A stretch of 64,000 nucleotides of DNA from an uncultured Actinomycetes bacterium (GCA_963816155.1 CAWFJE010000010.1:18221-82220), one strand, 5' to 3'. Numbered from the stretch's first letter, positions 10,951 to 21,492 are shown. Numbers and translations: made by a program. The notes: generated by a model not told the origin, from the sequence alone.

Positions 10951-11285
10951 TACCCACCTGCCGTGTCGTTCGGTTCAGTCCCCGTCGCGCATTCCGTCGT
11001 CAGCGCCCGCATGATCTCATCAACGCCCGGAACAACGCTCATCCGGAAGGCGCGCTGAAAAGCCCTCCGATGCAGGGCCCGATCCAGGCACGACTGTTGC
11101 CTGCACAAGTACGCGCTCCTGCCCCGATGCTCCTTACCTCTTACCACCTCGACCCGTGACGGCGTGGAACTGGTGTCCAACGTCAGCCGTATGAAACCCC
11201 CTTGGGGTCCTCTCCGGCCGCATCCGATACACTGCCGCTCGGGTTGACGCCCCATACCCTCAGGACCTCCCTGCTGGGCGCGCAT
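10950..11285 (-). CDS. ylxR: YlxR/DUF448 family RNA-binding protein (between nusA and infB)
   Basis: ERQCIGCGRRGPQGGFIRL matches the YlxR RxCxGC motif. The start was chosen after the nusA stop. The ORF upstream extension overlaps nusA in another frame. Confidence 0.7.
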   Translation of the reverse strand: MRAQQGGPEGMGRQPERQCIGCGRRGPQGGFIRLTLDTSSTPSRVEVVRGKEHRGRSAYLCRQQSCLDRALHRRAFQRAFRMSVVPGVDEIMRALTTECATGTEPNDTAGG

Positions 11286-11311
11286 CGGCTCCTGCAACAT
11301 CCGCACTCCGC

Positions 11312-12481
11312 TCAGCGCCGCTCGTCTTCGAGGGCTTGATGTGAAGGTATACCGCAGTATCGACTGCCTGCCAAGGCCGCGTTGGGACATCGCTTGCCCC
11401 CACTTGTGAGGGCGTGACAGCGTCCATCGTCGACTGTGGACTCGACTTCGGTCGTCGCGAAGACCTTGTCTTCCTCGCTCATCTCCGTCTCGGACTTGAT
11501 GTCTATCTTCCATCCCGTGAGCCGATTGGCGAGACGGGCGTTCTGCCCCTCTTTGCCGATAGCCAGGGACAATTGGTCGTCCGGGACCACCACAGTAGCC
11601 TCGCGCCCTTCGTCGTCCAGAAGAACTTCCCGCACTCGGGCCGGAGAGAGCGACTTGGCCACGAAGCGCGCAGGCTCATCGTCGAACGGGATGATGTCGA
11701 TCTTCTCGCCACGTAACTCGGACACGACCATCCGCACTCGCGAACCTCGCGGCCCCACGCAGGCACCCACCGGGTCGACTCCGTCGCTGTGCGAGATGAC
11801 CGAGATCTTGGAACGGTAACCAGGCTCGCGCGCCACACCCACGATCTCGACCAGTCCGTCGGATATCTCCGGCACCTCAAGCTCGAACAGCCTGCGCACG
11901 AGTTCCTCGCTGCGCCGCGAAAGGATGATGGGAGGCTCTTTCGGGTTCTGCGATACCTCTTTGATGACCGCTTTCAGACGCATGCCGTGTTCGTAGCGCT
12001 CGGTCGGGACCTGCTCACTCTTGGGAAGACGCGCCTCCACCCTGCCCAGATCGACCAGGGTGTAGCGGCTGTCCGACTGCTGCACTATGCCTGTGACGAT
12101 CTCGCCCACGCGATCGGAATACTCCTTGAAAACGATCCCCTGCTCGGCCTCACGTATACGTTGGTAGATGACCTGCTTGGCGGTCTGTGCAGCAATACGG
12201 CCGAAATCCTCCGGCGTGATCTCCTGCCGCTCAGCGCCCGTCGTGTCGATCACCGTCTCTTCGTCCTCGATTTCCGGCTCCTCCCCGGGCGGGAAGATCA
12301 GCTCGAAGACGTGGATCTCCCCCGTCTCGCGGTCAATCTCTACCTCGGAGAAGGGGACGGCATTCGCACTCTTGTTGTAGGCCGAGTGGAGGGCATCCTC
12401 CAGCGCTTCGATGAGCAGGTCGAAGGGAATACCCTTTTCCTTCTCGATCTGCCTGAGAGCCTCGATTGTCTCCTTGTTCAT
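11312..12481 (-). CDS. nusA: Transcription termination/antitermination factor NusA, with an unusual Cys/His-containing C-terminal tail
   Basis: 389 aa; a typical NusA N-terminus (MNKETIEALRQIEKEKGI), S1 and KH domains. The C-terminus ends RCHALTSGGKRCPNAALAGSRYCGIPSHQ. Confidence 0.95.
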   Translation of the reverse strand: MNKETIEALRQIEKEKGIPFDLLIEALEDALHSAYNKSANAVPFSEVEIDRETGEIHVFELIFPPGEEPEIEDEETVIDTTGAERQEITPEDFGRIAAQTAKQVIYQRIREAEQGIVFKEYSDRVGEIVTGIVQQSDSRYTLVDLGRVEARLPKSEQVPTERYEHGMRLKAVIKEVSQNPKEPPIILSRRSEELVRRLFELEVPEISDGLVEIVGVAREPGYRSKISVISHSDGVDPVGACVGPRGSRVRMVVSELRGEKIDIIPFDDEPARFVAKSLSPARVREVLLDDEGREATVVVPDDQLSLAIGKEGQNARLANRLTGWKIDIKSETEMSEEDKVFATTEVESTVDDGRCHALTSGGKRCPNAALAGSRYCGIPSHQALEDERR

Positions 12482-12490
12482 TCCCTCCCC

Positions 12491-12943
12491 CTATCTGAAC
12501 TCGAATTTCAGATGGGCGTCACGTATATCGCCCAGCGGGATGCGTACTACTTCTCCCGCTTCTTCGACCTCAATATCCTCGAGTCCCACTTCGGTGAGAA
12601 CTCCCTGCCAGACCTTGCGCCCTTGGATCGGGACCAGGGTCTTCACATGCACGGTCTGTCCCAACTGGGCCTCGAAATGGCTGCGCTTACGCAGTGGTCT
12701 CTCAATGCCCGGCGAACTCACTTCAAGGGTATACGGCCCGTCCACCGCCTCGGTCTCGTCGAGAGCCAGGCCCACAAGGGTCGACACCCGGGCACAAACG
12801 TCATGGGTGACACCGCCGGGTTGGTCGATGAACAAGCGGATGATCCTCTGTCGCCTGCCACCAGCCACCTGCGCCATCACCAGTTCCACATCTCCGCCTT
12901 CGCGGTCGATGACCTCCTGGAACCAAGCCTCGGTGAGCTCCAC
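12491..12943 (-). CDS. rimP: Ribosome maturation factor RimP (start inferred at an internal GTG preceded by AAGGGAGAGG; alternative GTG at 12985)
   Basis: LIDQPGGVTHDVCARVS...YTLEVSSPGIERPL RimP core. The long Arg-rich N-terminal part of ORF 12491..13309 overlaps proS and is judged spurious. Confidence 0.8.
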   Translation of the reverse strand: MELTEAWFQEVIDREGGDVELVMAQVAGGRRQRIIRLFIDQPGGVTHDVCARVSTLVGLALDETEAVDGPYTLEVSSPGIERPLRKRSHFEAQLGQTVHVKTLVPIQGRKVWQGVLTEVGLEDIEVEEAGEVVRIPLGDIRDAHLKFEFR

Positions 12944-13021
12944 AGCCTCTCCCTTGACGAAAACAAAAGTGGGCCCACCTGCACCCACTTGGAAAGACAG
13001 CTTGGCTTTGATTGCTCGGGG

Positions 13022-13050
13022 ATTATAGCACCGCGCCCAGGGCGTAACAA
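13022..13050 (-). promoter_or_regulatory. Promoter of the rimP-nusA-ylxR-infB-rbfA operon: TTGTTA -17 nt- TGcTATAAT (extended -10)
   Basis: Minus-strand reading of the proS-rimP spacer. Confidence 0.5.
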
Positions 13051-13110
13051 CGCATCGCCACTTCACGGATTGAAGCGAGCGGTCACATTCAGTACGAGAG
13101 CCGGCTGGAG

Positions 13111-14877
13111 CTATCGCGCCCGCTCCCAGAGTTCGGCGACCACCCGGCTGCAGTCCGCCACCGGCACTTCGAGACGCTCGCCTTCCCCTCGCGGCTCGAC
13201 CTCGACAGCCCCCACGGCCGCCTTCTTGCCCACGGTCACCCGCACCGGGCAACCTATCAGTTCGGCGTCCGCGAACTTGAAGCCGGGACGTTCGTCGCGG
13301 TCGTCCCACAACACCTCCCAGCCCTCGGCGCGCAATCCTTCGTAGATATCGCCCGCCACCAGGCTCTGAGCCTCGTCCTTGGCCTGTACCTGGACCAGGT
13401 GTACGTCAAAGGGAGCGATGCTCTTGGGCCACACGATCCCGCGGGCATCATTACTCTGCTCCACGGCAGCCGCCGCGATCCGGGCCGGACCGATGCCGTA
13501 GGAGCCCATCACGATGGGGCGCTCCTCGCCCTCCTCGTCCAGGACGGTGGCACCGAGAGGAAGCGAGTACTTCGTCCCCAGCTTGAAGATGTTGCCCACC
13601 TCGATGACCTGTCTGATAGTCAACGCCTGACCGCACTCGGGACAGGCGTCCCCGGCTTCCGCCTCTCTGAGGTCGGCGAACTCAGGCGCGAAGTCCCGGC
13701 CCACGACCACGCCACGCAGGTGCGCATGCTCCTTGCCCGCGCCCACGACGTAGGCGCGCGACCCGCCCGGGCCCCGGGGATCGAGGGTCTCATCGGCGAC
13801 GATGCGCAACTCCACGCCCACGGGCCCCACGAAACCCACGTCGGCACCCGTAGCCTCCTTGACCTCCTCGGGGTGGGCTGGACGCACCTCGCTCTTCAGG
13901 TAGCGGGACAGTTTGTTCTCGTGCAGGTCGTGATCGCCTCTCACCAGAGCCATGACGGGCCCGTCGGCCGAAACATATACCAAGGCCTTGATGAGGGACG
14001 AAGGTGCGATGTCCAGGAACGCGGACACCTCATCGATCGATCGTCTGTCCGGCGTCGAGACCTCTTCCGGACCCACGAGCGTGACACCGGCATCGCCCAC
14101 GCCGGCTTCATCGCCCGGCTGGGCCGCGCCCTCGCCGCCGTCTTCCGGCGCTCGGGCCACCGAGCGGGCCAATTCCACGTTGGCCGCGTAGCCGCAGGCG
14201 GGACACATGGCCACTCGGTCCTCGCCGGCGGGTGACGGTGCCATGTACTCGTGCGCCTGGGCACCGCCCATGAAGCCGCTGTCGCTCTCCACCCGATAGA
14301 ACTCCAGGCCGCAACGAGCGAAGATACGGTCGTAGGCCCCGCTGTGCTTGGCGTAGCTCTTCTCCAGACCCTCCTCATCGAGGTCGAAGGTGTACGAGTC
14401 TTTCATCAGAAACTCGCGTACGCGGAGCACGCCCCCCTTGGGCCGGGGCTCGTCCCGGAACTTGAGCTGCAGTTGATACCAGGTCTGCGGAAGGTCACGA
14501 TACGAGCGAAGCTCCCGGGACGCCAGCCAGGCGAACACCTCTTCGTGCGTCATGGCCAGGACCATATCCCGCCCCCCACGATCCTCGAGCCGGAACATCT
14601 CCTGGCCGATGGCGTCGTAGCGGCCCGTGGCCTGCCACACATCGGCAGGGTGCAGGGTGGGCATGGAGACTTCCAGTGCACCGATGGCTTCCATCTCCTC
14701 GCGCATGATGCCGCAGATGCGCTGCATGACCCGCCAGCCCAGCGGCAAGAAGACATATATCCCAGACGCAAACTGACGTACGAAGCCGCCCCGGACCATC
14801 AGCTTGTGACTGATCGCCTCGGCGTCGGCCGGGTCTTCCTTGACCGTGGGCATAAAAAGGGCTGTGGCCCGCATCAG
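13111..14877 (-). CDS. proS: Prolyl-tRNA synthetase (bacterial type with editing insertion)
   Basis: MRATALFMPTVKE...HKLMVRGGFVRQ class II aaRS motifs; about 588 aa from the internal Met. Confidence 0.9.
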   Translation of the reverse strand: MMRATALFMPTVKEDPADAEAISHKLMVRGGFVRQFASGIYVFLPLGWRVMQRICGIMREEMEAIGALEVSMPTLHPADVWQATGRYDAIGQEMFRLEDRGGRDMVLAMTHEEVFAWLASRELRSYRDLPQTWYQLQLKFRDEPRPKGGVLRVREFLMKDSYTFDLDEEGLEKSYAKHSGAYDRIFARCGLEFYRVESDSGFMGGAQAHEYMAPSPAGEDRVAMCPACGYAANVELARSVARAPEDGGEGAAQPGDEAGVGDAGVTLVGPEEVSTPDRRSIDEVSAFLDIAPSSLIKALVYVSADGPVMALVRGDHDLHENKLSRYLKSEVRPAHPEEVKEATGADVGFVGPVGVELRIVADETLDPRGPGGSRAYVVGAGKEHAHLRGVVVGRDFAPEFADLREAEAGDACPECGQALTIRQVIEVGNIFKLGTKYSLPLGATVLDEEGEERPIVMGSYGIGPARIAAAAVEQSNDARGIVWPKSIAPFDVHLVQVQAKDEAQSLVAGDIYEGLRAEGWEVLWDDRDERPGFKFADAELIGCPVRVTVGKKAAVGAVEVEPRGEGERLEVPVADCSRVVAELWERAR

Positions 14878-14994
14878 GTCCTCCTCGGACGAACGGATGG
14901 GTGGCGAGCAGCGCGGCGATGCGCGCATCGAGACAGTCTAGCAGTCCGAAGCTTGGGGCAGAACCGGGCTGGCCCGGACACGGTTGGACGAATC

Positions 14995-16083
14995 CTACCG
15001 CGGGTCTGGCTGGTTCTGCTCCCGCAACGCCGCGTTACCCGTCGCCGCCTCGATATGGGCGAACAACTCGTCGACGAGTCTCTCCTGGGGGACCTTGCAC
15101 ACCGGCCGTCCCCCCGCAAAGACCACGCCCTCGCCTTCCCCGCCGGCGATGCCGAAGTCGGCCTTCCGAGCCTCGCCTGGACCGTTGACCACGCAGCCCA
15201 TGACGGCCACTTCCAGGTCGAGGCCCAGCTCTTCCAGCCGCCTCTCCACCTCTGCGGCCAAAGGCTCCAAGTCTATGCGGGTACGGCCGCAGGTAGGGCA
15301 GGCCAGTACGCGAGGGCCACGAGGTGCCAGTCCCAGGGTCCGCAGTATCTCCAAGGCCACGCGGACCTCTTCCACGGGATCTCCGACCAGTGACACCCGG
15401 ATGGTGTCGCCCACCCCCGACGACAGAAGGACTCCCAGAGCGACCGCGCTCCGGATCGAGCCCGCCCACCGCGTGCCCGCCTCGGTGACGCCGATGTGGA
15501 GGGGATAGGGGATGCGCTCGGCGAGCAGACGGTTGGCCGCGATGGTCACCATCGGCGAAGACGACTTGGCCGAGACCTTGATGGCCGCAAAGCCCATGTC
15601 TTCAAGGAGGGCGCATTGCCTGACCGCCGATTCCACCAGCGCGGCCGCGGGGTCACGTTCCTCCAGGTCACGCAGGTCTCGTTGCAGAGAACCGCTGTTC
15701 ACCCCCACCCGAATAACGGCGCCATGGGCCAGTGCCGCTTCCACGACGGCACGGACCGCTGCGATACCGCCGATGTTGCCGGGGTTGATCCGGACGCCCG
15801 CCGCACCGCCCTCCAGAGCCGCGACCGCCAGCCTGTGGTCGAAATGCACGTCGGCGATAAGAGGCACGGGAGACTCGGCCACCAGAGATGGGAACGCAGC
15901 GGCGCCCTCGGCATCGGGAACGGCCACCCGCACGAGGTGCGCTCCGGCGGTCGCCAGAGCGCGGATCTGGCCAAGGGTGGCGGGGATGTCGTCCGTGCGG
16001 GTGTTGGTCATCGACTGGACGACGACCGGCGCCTCTCCCCCCACCGGGACCGCCCCCACCATCACCTGACGCTCACTGAACAT
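14995..16083 (-). CDS. ispG: 4-hydroxy-3-methylbut-2-enyl diphosphate synthase IspG (GcpE)
   Basis: VGGEAPVVVQSMTNTRT...; a CPTCGRT Fe-S motif near the C-terminus; about 360 aa. Confidence 0.9.
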   Translation of the reverse strand: MFSERQVMVGAVPVGGEAPVVVQSMTNTRTDDIPATLGQIRALATAGAHLVRVAVPDAEGAAAFPSLVAESPVPLIADVHFDHRLAVAALEGGAAGVRINPGNIGGIAAVRAVVEAALAHGAVIRVGVNSGSLQRDLRDLEERDPAAALVESAVRQCALLEDMGFAAIKVSAKSSSPMVTIAANRLLAERIPYPLHIGVTEAGTRWAGSIRSAVALGVLLSSGVGDTIRVSLVGDPVEEVRVALEILRTLGLAPRGPRVLACPTCGRTRIDLEPLAAEVERRLEELGLDLEVAVMGCVVNGPGEARKADFGIAGGEGEGVVFAGGRPVCKVPQERLVDELFAHIEAATGNAALREQNQPDPR

Positions 16084-16127
16084 GTGCCCGCTCCTCCCGG
16101 TCGGAGTGACGGCGCACCCGGCGCACA

Positions 16128-17342
16128 TCAGCCTCCGAACAGCCGGCCAACGTCGTTGGACGTGGCCACTATGAACAGGAGGACGAAGAGGACGAGGCCC
16201 ACCATCGAGACTCGTTCAAAGGTGCGAAGCGATATGCTCCGCCCCCGTAGCCGCTCGATGATGCTGAACAAAGCATGACCGCCGTCCAGCGGCAGCAGGG
16301 GGAGCATGTTGAGGATGGCCAAGTTGACGCTGATCAGAGCGAGAAGCATGAGGTAGTAGCCGCCCTGAACCGCCTCCGTGGAGAGTTGGATGATCCCCAC
16401 CGGCCCCGCCAAGCCCTGCGAGCCTGTGACGGGCACATCGCCTCTGAACATCATGCCGATACCCTGGAAGATGAGCGCCACCATGTTGCCCGTGGTGTCT
16501 GCCGCATACGGAAATGCGCTCACCGCCCCCAGGTCCCGATGCTCCACTCCGGGCTGGACACCCAGGTAACCCGTGCCATCATCGCGCTCCTCGATCTGTG
16601 CCGTGAGCTCGACTGTGGCACCGTCGCGTTCCACGACCACCATCACCTCTTCGCCGGGGTGGGTCAGGATATGCGTGCGGACGTCCTCCCAGTCGCCTGC
16701 CGTGGAGCCGGCCACACTCACGATGCGGTCGCCCTCCAGGATACCTGCGGCCGCCGCGGGAGTACCTGCCTCCACCTTCTCCACCACGGTGCTCACGATC
16801 GTCTCTCCTTGGGTGAGCCCCACGAAGTAGATGAGCAGGAAGGCGACCACCATGTTCATCGTCACCCCGGCTACGATGAAGAACAGCTTGTGCCAGAAGG
16901 GGTGTGCGTAGTAGCGACGATGGAGGGGAGTGGCTGCGACCTCAGCAGCGCTCAAAGCGCGAGCACCGGCCAGCCTGTCTTCCGGGTCGCTGGGACGCCG
17001 GACGCCGGCCGGGCCGGCCAACTCCATCAGGTCGTCCTCGTGTTCCCATTCGTCGCTGAAGGCGTGCGACAGCGCCGCCTCCTCGCGCGCCTCGGCCACC
17101 CGGGCCGCGAACTCCTCCTTGTGCATGCCCGTCACACGCACGTAGCCGCCCAGGGGCAACACAGAGATGCCGTAGATGGTCTCGCCCACCCGACGACTGA
17201 CGAGATAGCGGCCGAAGCCCAGACTGAACTCCTCCACTCTCATGCCTGTCGCCTTGGCCACGATGAAATGACCGAACTCGTGGGCGAGGATGAGAAAGCC
17301 CAAGCCCACTATGGCCACGATGATCCCGATGAACGTGCTCAA
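16128..17342 (-). CDS. rseP: RIP site-2 zinc metalloprotease (M50, RseP/Rip1 family) with a PDZ domain
   Basis: HEFGHFIVAK HExxH in the first TM helix, a PDZ region, LDGG motif. Confidence 0.85.
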   Translation of the reverse strand: MSTFIGIIVAIVGLGFLILAHEFGHFIVAKATGMRVEEFSLGFGRYLVSRRVGETIYGISVLPLGGYVRVTGMHKEEFAARVAEAREEAALSHAFSDEWEHEDDLMELAGPAGVRRPSDPEDRLAGARALSAAEVAATPLHRRYYAHPFWHKLFFIVAGVTMNMVVAFLLIYFVGLTQGETIVSTVVEKVEAGTPAAAAGILEGDRIVSVAGSTAGDWEDVRTHILTHPGEEVMVVVERDGATVELTAQIEERDDGTGYLGVQPGVEHRDLGAVSAFPYAADTTGNMVALIFQGIGMMFRGDVPVTGSQGLAGPVGIIQLSTEAVQGGYYLMLLALISVNLAILNMLPLLPLDGGHALFSIIERLRGRSISLRTFERVSMVGLVLFVLLFIVATSNDVGRLFGG

Positions 17343-18511
17343 CTTCGCTCTTTCCTGTTCTCCGATACGCGGGCTACGAGGGCGCCCGCCTTCTTTCTTG
17401 CCTCACGATCGACGTCGACGACCTCTTCGTATGTTCCGAAGGTCCCCTCCCCGCTCTCTCCCAAGACCTGCTCCACCACCTCGGCGATGCCCAGAAAGGG
17501 CAAGGCGCCATCGAGGAAAGCGCCCACAGCCACCTCGTTGGCCGCGTTGAAGACGCAGGTGGCCCGATCGCCCCTGGTCCCAGCCTCCCGAGCCACGCGA
17601 AGGGCAGGAAATGTATCGACATCCGGCGCTTCGAACTGGAGCGATCCCAATTCGGTCAGAGACAGCCTGCGGACGTCCAGGGCAGCCCGCTCGGGATGAT
17701 GCAGCGCATAGGCGATGGGCACACGCATGTCGGCGGTGCCCAGATGACTCAGCAGGGCCCCGTCGACAAGTCGAACCGCCGCATGCACGACCGACTGTGG
17801 GTGCACCACCACTTCGATACGCTCATAGGGCAGATCGAACAGGTGATGGGCCTCGATGATCTCGAGTCCCTTGTTGACGAGAGTAGCGGAATCCACGCTG
17901 ATCTTACGGCCCATCGACCAGGTGGGGTGCGCCAGCGCTTCCTCGGGTGTCACATCCACGAGATCGGCGGCCTTCCTCCCCCGGAAAGGGCCTCCGGAGG
18001 CAGTCAGGATCACAGAATCGACCGCACCCCGGCCCGCGGCATTCACCAGTTGGAAGAGAGCGGAGTGCTCAGAGTCCACCGGGAGGATGGTGATCGACCG
18101 CCGAGCGGCGAGACCGGTCACGAGCGACCCGGCGCAAACGAGGCTCTCCTTGTTCGCCAGCGCCAGCGTTCTCCCCGCATCCAGCGCCGCGATGGTCGAC
18201 TCCAAGCCGGCGAAGCCTACGATGGCGTTGAGGACGATGTCGGCTTCGACCTCGCGTACGAGCGCAGCCGCGCCGCCCGGGCCGGCACGTAGATCCATCT
18301 CCGGGTAGAGCGAGGGCGAGACCGTCGCGGCCGCAGCCTCATCGGCGACGGCGATGTGCTCCACCCCCAGAGAGACGGCCTGTTCCATCAGCGTCTCCAC
18401 GTTGCGGTCGCACGACAGCCCCACCACGGTCAGAGCCGGGCTTGCGGCCACCACCTTAAGCGCCTGGGTGCCGATAGAGCCGGTGGACCCGAGGACGATG
18501 ACTCTCTTCAT
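17339..18511 (-). CDS. dxr: 1-deoxy-D-xylulose 5-phosphate reductoisomerase
   Basis: MKRVIVLGSTGSIGTQAL NADPH-binding start. The 160 aa upstream extension of the ORF overlaps cdsA and is spurious. Confidence 0.9.
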   Translation of the reverse strand: MKRVIVLGSTGSIGTQALKVVAASPALTVVGLSCDRNVETLMEQAVSLGVEHIAVADEAAAATVSPSLYPEMDLRAGPGGAAALVREVEADIVLNAIVGFAGLESTIAALDAGRTLALANKESLVCAGSLVTGLAARRSITILPVDSEHSALFQLVNAAGRGAVDSVILTASGGPFRGRKAADLVDVTPEEALAHPTWSMGRKISVDSATLVNKGLEIIEAHHLFDLPYERIEVVVHPQSVVHAAVRLVDGALLSHLGTADMRVPIAYALHHPERAALDVRRLSLTELGSLQFEAPDVDTFPALRVAREAGTRGDRATCVFNAANEVAVGAFLDGALPFLGIAEVVEQVLGESGEGTFGTYEEVVDVDREARKKAGALVARVSENRKERS

Positions 18512-19317
18512 CCGCCGGTGGCCGTGACCACATCCCCCAATATGACGACGGCCGCCCAGTAGGCTACGAAGCCGCCGAAGAGTATGGAATCGAAGCGATC
18601 GAGTATCCCTCCGTGCCCGCGCAGGATCTTGCCTGAATCCTTCACCCCGAAGTCGCGCTTCACTGCCGATTCGAACAGGTCCCCCCACTGGCCCACGATG
18701 CCGATGATGAGACCCAGGATCACTGCGTCCTGCGTCGACAACCAAGGCGAGTACAGCTTGAACACCAGGGCCGCGACCACCGCGCCCACCAATCCCCCGA
18801 CGGCCCCCTCGATGGACTTCTTGGGAGAGATACGCGGGGCCATGGGATGCCGCCCGATTGCCCTGCCCACGAAGTAGGCGAACGTGTCGCTCAGCATCGT
18901 ACAGGCCATGACCAAGATGACGAGGGCCATGCCGTGGTTGAGCTCTCGAAGCAGCAACAGGTAGGCGAAGCCGGCCGCTATCCACAGTGTGCCGAAGTGC
19001 GTCACGGCCATCCTGCCCACCAGATGCGCCCCCAGCTCCCCACGCAAGGACCAGAAGAAGGTGAGGATGACTAGAGCCGCCAAACCGGCCAAGAGGCCGG
19101 ATACGCTGTAGAAGAAGGCTCCCAGCACCACGGCCAAAGCCGCCAGATAGCCCACGAGAAGGTTGGGCTTGTAGGGACGCAGAAGCGTGTAGTACTCGTG
19201 CATGCCCAGCACCGTCAGCACCACCGCCAGGCCCAGCATGAAGTAGCCACCCAATATGACACAGGCCAACCCGATGGGGATGCCGATGATGGCCACGAGG
19301 ACGCGCGACTTAAGCAC
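18508..19317 (-). CDS. cdsA: Phosphatidate cytidylyltransferase
   Basis: Multi-TM protein with the C-terminal GHGGILDRFDS CdsA signature. ATGA overlap with dxr. The start was trimmed because of overlap with uppS. Confidence 0.8.
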   Translation of the reverse strand: MLKSRVLVAIIGIPIGLACVILGGYFMLGLAVVLTVLGMHEYYTLLRPYKPNLLVGYLAALAVVLGAFFYSVSGLLAGLAALVILTFFWSLRGELGAHLVGRMAVTHFGTLWIAAGFAYLLLLRELNHGMALVILVMACTMLSDTFAYFVGRAIGRHPMAPRISPKKSIEGAVGGLVGAVVAALVFKLYSPWLSTQDAVILGLIIGIVGQWGDLFESAVKRDFGVKDSGKILRGHGGILDRFDSILFGGFVAYWAAVVILGDVVTATGG

Positions 19318-20095
19318 TGTCGACCCCCTCGCTCGACCCCATGTCCTCCCGAGCGCCGAACCGTCTGTCACGCCGTCCGTAGTCGGCGATGGCTTCGAGC
19401 AGTTCCGGCTCCCCGAACTCGGGCCACAGGCGCTCGGAGAAGAAGAGTTCCGAATAGGCCGTCTGCCAGAGCAGGAAGTTGGACAGCCGCCTCTCCCCGG
19501 AGGTACGGATCACAAGGTCGGGGTCTCTCATGAGAGGCGAGTACAGCCGGGCGGCGATGTCCGCTTCCCCGATGGTGGATGGGTCGACTCCAGATCTGAC
19601 GGCCTTCTGCACAGCATCGACAATCTCACGCCGTCCGCCATAGTCGAAGGCGATGAAGAGGATCATCCGCCCGTTACCGGCCGTGAGGTCCTCGGCCCAT
19701 TCCATCCGCTCCACGAGATGAGGCCCGAGGCGATCCCTCCTGCCCACAAAGACCACGCGACAGTCGTTCTTGTGCAGCGTGGGCACCTCGGCATCGATCA
19801 TTTCGGCATGCAGGAGCATCAGCCCTTCGACCTCTTCGCTGGACCTTGACCAATTCTCTGTGGAGAAGGAGTAGAGGGTCAGCTGTCCGATGCCCGCATC
19901 CCTCGCTGCTTCCACCACACGCCGAACCGCCTGGGTGCCGGCCCGATGACCGGCCGCCACGGGCAGGTGACGTCGTTTTGCCCAGCGACCGTTGCCGTCC
20001 ATGATTATGGCCACGTGGAAGGGCACAGCACTGCTGGGCGGAGACGTGCCTCGATCCCGAGGAGTCTGTTTGCTCCCCGCGCGTCGAAGAACCAT
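19310..20095 (-). CDS. uppS: Isoprenyl transferase / undecaprenyl diphosphate synthase
   Basis: HVAIIMDGNGRWAKRR and ...LSNFLLWQ motifs. Confidence 0.85.
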   Translation of the reverse strand: MVLRRAGSKQTPRDRGTSPPSSAVPFHVAIIMDGNGRWAKRRHLPVAAGHRAGTQAVRRVVEAARDAGIGQLTLYSFSTENWSRSSEEVEGLMLLHAEMIDAEVPTLHKNDCRVVFVGRRDRLGPHLVERMEWAEDLTAGNGRMILFIAFDYGGRREIVDAVQKAVRSGVDPSTIGEADIAARLYSPLMRDPDLVIRTSGERRLSNFLLWQTAYSELFFSERLWPEFGEPELLEAIADYGRRDRRFGAREDMGSSEGVDSA

Positions 20096-20117
20096 GAGCC
20101 GGTTTCGCCAGGCCACG

Positions 20118-20675
20118 TCAGATCTCGAGAATCTCTTCTTCCTTGTGGTGCAGAAGCTCGTTGACCCGCTCGATGAACCCGTCGGTCATCTTCTGGACCT
20201 CAAGCTCGGCCCGGTGTTCGTCGTCCTCGGAGATCTCGCCCTCCTTCTTGAGATCCTTGAGGTCCGAGATGACGTCACGGCGAACGTTGCGAACGGCGAC
20301 GCGCTGATCCTCGGCCATGTTCTTGACCTGCTTCACCAGGTCCTTGCGGCGCTCCGCCGTCAGGGGCGGGATGTGCAGACGGACGACCGTCCCATCCACA
20401 TTCGGCGTCAGAGCCAGGTCGGACTCCTGGATGGCGCGGACCACGGCGTTCACGGCACCCTTGTCGTACACTGTGACGGAGATGGTGCGCGGATCAGGGG
20501 TAGAGAGATTGGCGAGTTGCTGCAGGGGCGTCTTAGCGCCATAGTAGTCAACGTGCAGCCGATCGAGCAGGGCTGTCGACGCCCTTCCGGTACGAACGGT
20601 GTTGAACTCGTTACGCAGGGCCTCGACCGCACTCTCCATGCGTCTCTTGCCATCGGCTACCAGTTCGCGGATCAT
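20118..20675 (-). CDS. frr: Ribosome recycling factor
   Basis: 185 aa; MIRELVADGKRRMESAVEALRNEFNTVRTGRA. Confidence 0.95.
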   Translation of the reverse strand: MIRELVADGKRRMESAVEALRNEFNTVRTGRASTALLDRLHVDYYGAKTPLQQLANLSTPDPRTISVTVYDKGAVNAVVRAIQESDLALTPNVDGTVVRLHIPPLTAERRKDLVKQVKNMAEDQRVAVRNVRRDVISDLKDLKKEGEISEDDEHRAELEVQKMTDGFIERVNELLHHKEEEILEI

Positions 20676-20681
20676 ACCCCC

Positions 20682-21422
20682 TCACTCTCCTTCAGCGTCT
20701 GTCGACACGATCGTGCCCACCCGTTCGCCTCGCACGACGCGACCGATGTTCTCAGGCAGGCTCATATTGAAGACAAGGATGGGAAGACGGTTGTCCATGC
20801 AGAGGGCCAGAGCCGTGGAGTCCATGACCCGCAGACCCCGCTCCAACGCGTCCCTATGGGTGATCTCCGGGATCATGCGCGCGCCCGGAACGGTCTCCGG
20901 GTCCGCGTCATACACCCCGTCGTACTTCTTCTTGGCCATCAGCAGCGCCTGCGCGCCGATCTCCAAAGCCCGGAGAGCCGCCGCCGTATCCGTGCTGAAG
21001 TACGGGTTGCCCGTACCGGCGGCGAAGATCACCACTCTGCCCTTCTCCAGATGGCGGATGGCCCGCCCTTGGATATAGGGCTCGCAGATCTCCTGCATGT
21101 GGATGGCCGAGAGAACGCGCGAGTCGCAGTCCCGCTTGCGCAGAGCATCCTGAAGAGCCACCGAGTTCATCACTGTGGCCAACATGCCCATGTAGTCCGC
21201 CGTGGCCCGGTCGATGCCTTGGGCCGCGCCTGACACACCCCGGAAGATGTTGCCGCCGCCCACGACGACGGCCAGCTCGGTCTCACCCGCCGCCACCTGG
21301 GCCACTTCCGCGGCCACTGCCTGCAACCTGTTGGGGTCGATACCGTAGTCACGCTCGCCCAGAAGGGCTTCGCCACTCAGCTTAAGGAGCACCCGCTTGT
21401 AAGGCGTCTTCTGGTTCATGTC
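20682..21422 (-). CDS. pyrH: UMP kinase
   Basis: [13 protein letters not shown] ... amino-acid kinase fold; start taken at the internal Met. Confidence 0.9.
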   Translation of the reverse strand, partial: DMNQKTPYKRVLLKLSGEALLGERDYGIDPNRLQAVAAEVAQVAAGETELAVVVGGGNIFRGVSGAAQGIDRATADYMGMLATVMNSVALQDALRKRDCDSRVLSAIHMQEICEPYIQGRAIRHLEKGRVVIFAAGTGNPYFSTDTAAALRALEIGAQALLMAKKKYDGVYDADPETVPGARMIPEITHRDALERGLRVMDSTALALCMDNRLPILVFNMSLPENIGRVVRGERVGTIVSTDAEGE

Positions 21423-21492
21423 TCCTCGCTCTGGGCTCTTCCCCGCAGCTCTCTGCATGCCCCGAGGCCGGTGGACGCGAAAAACTGTTTCC

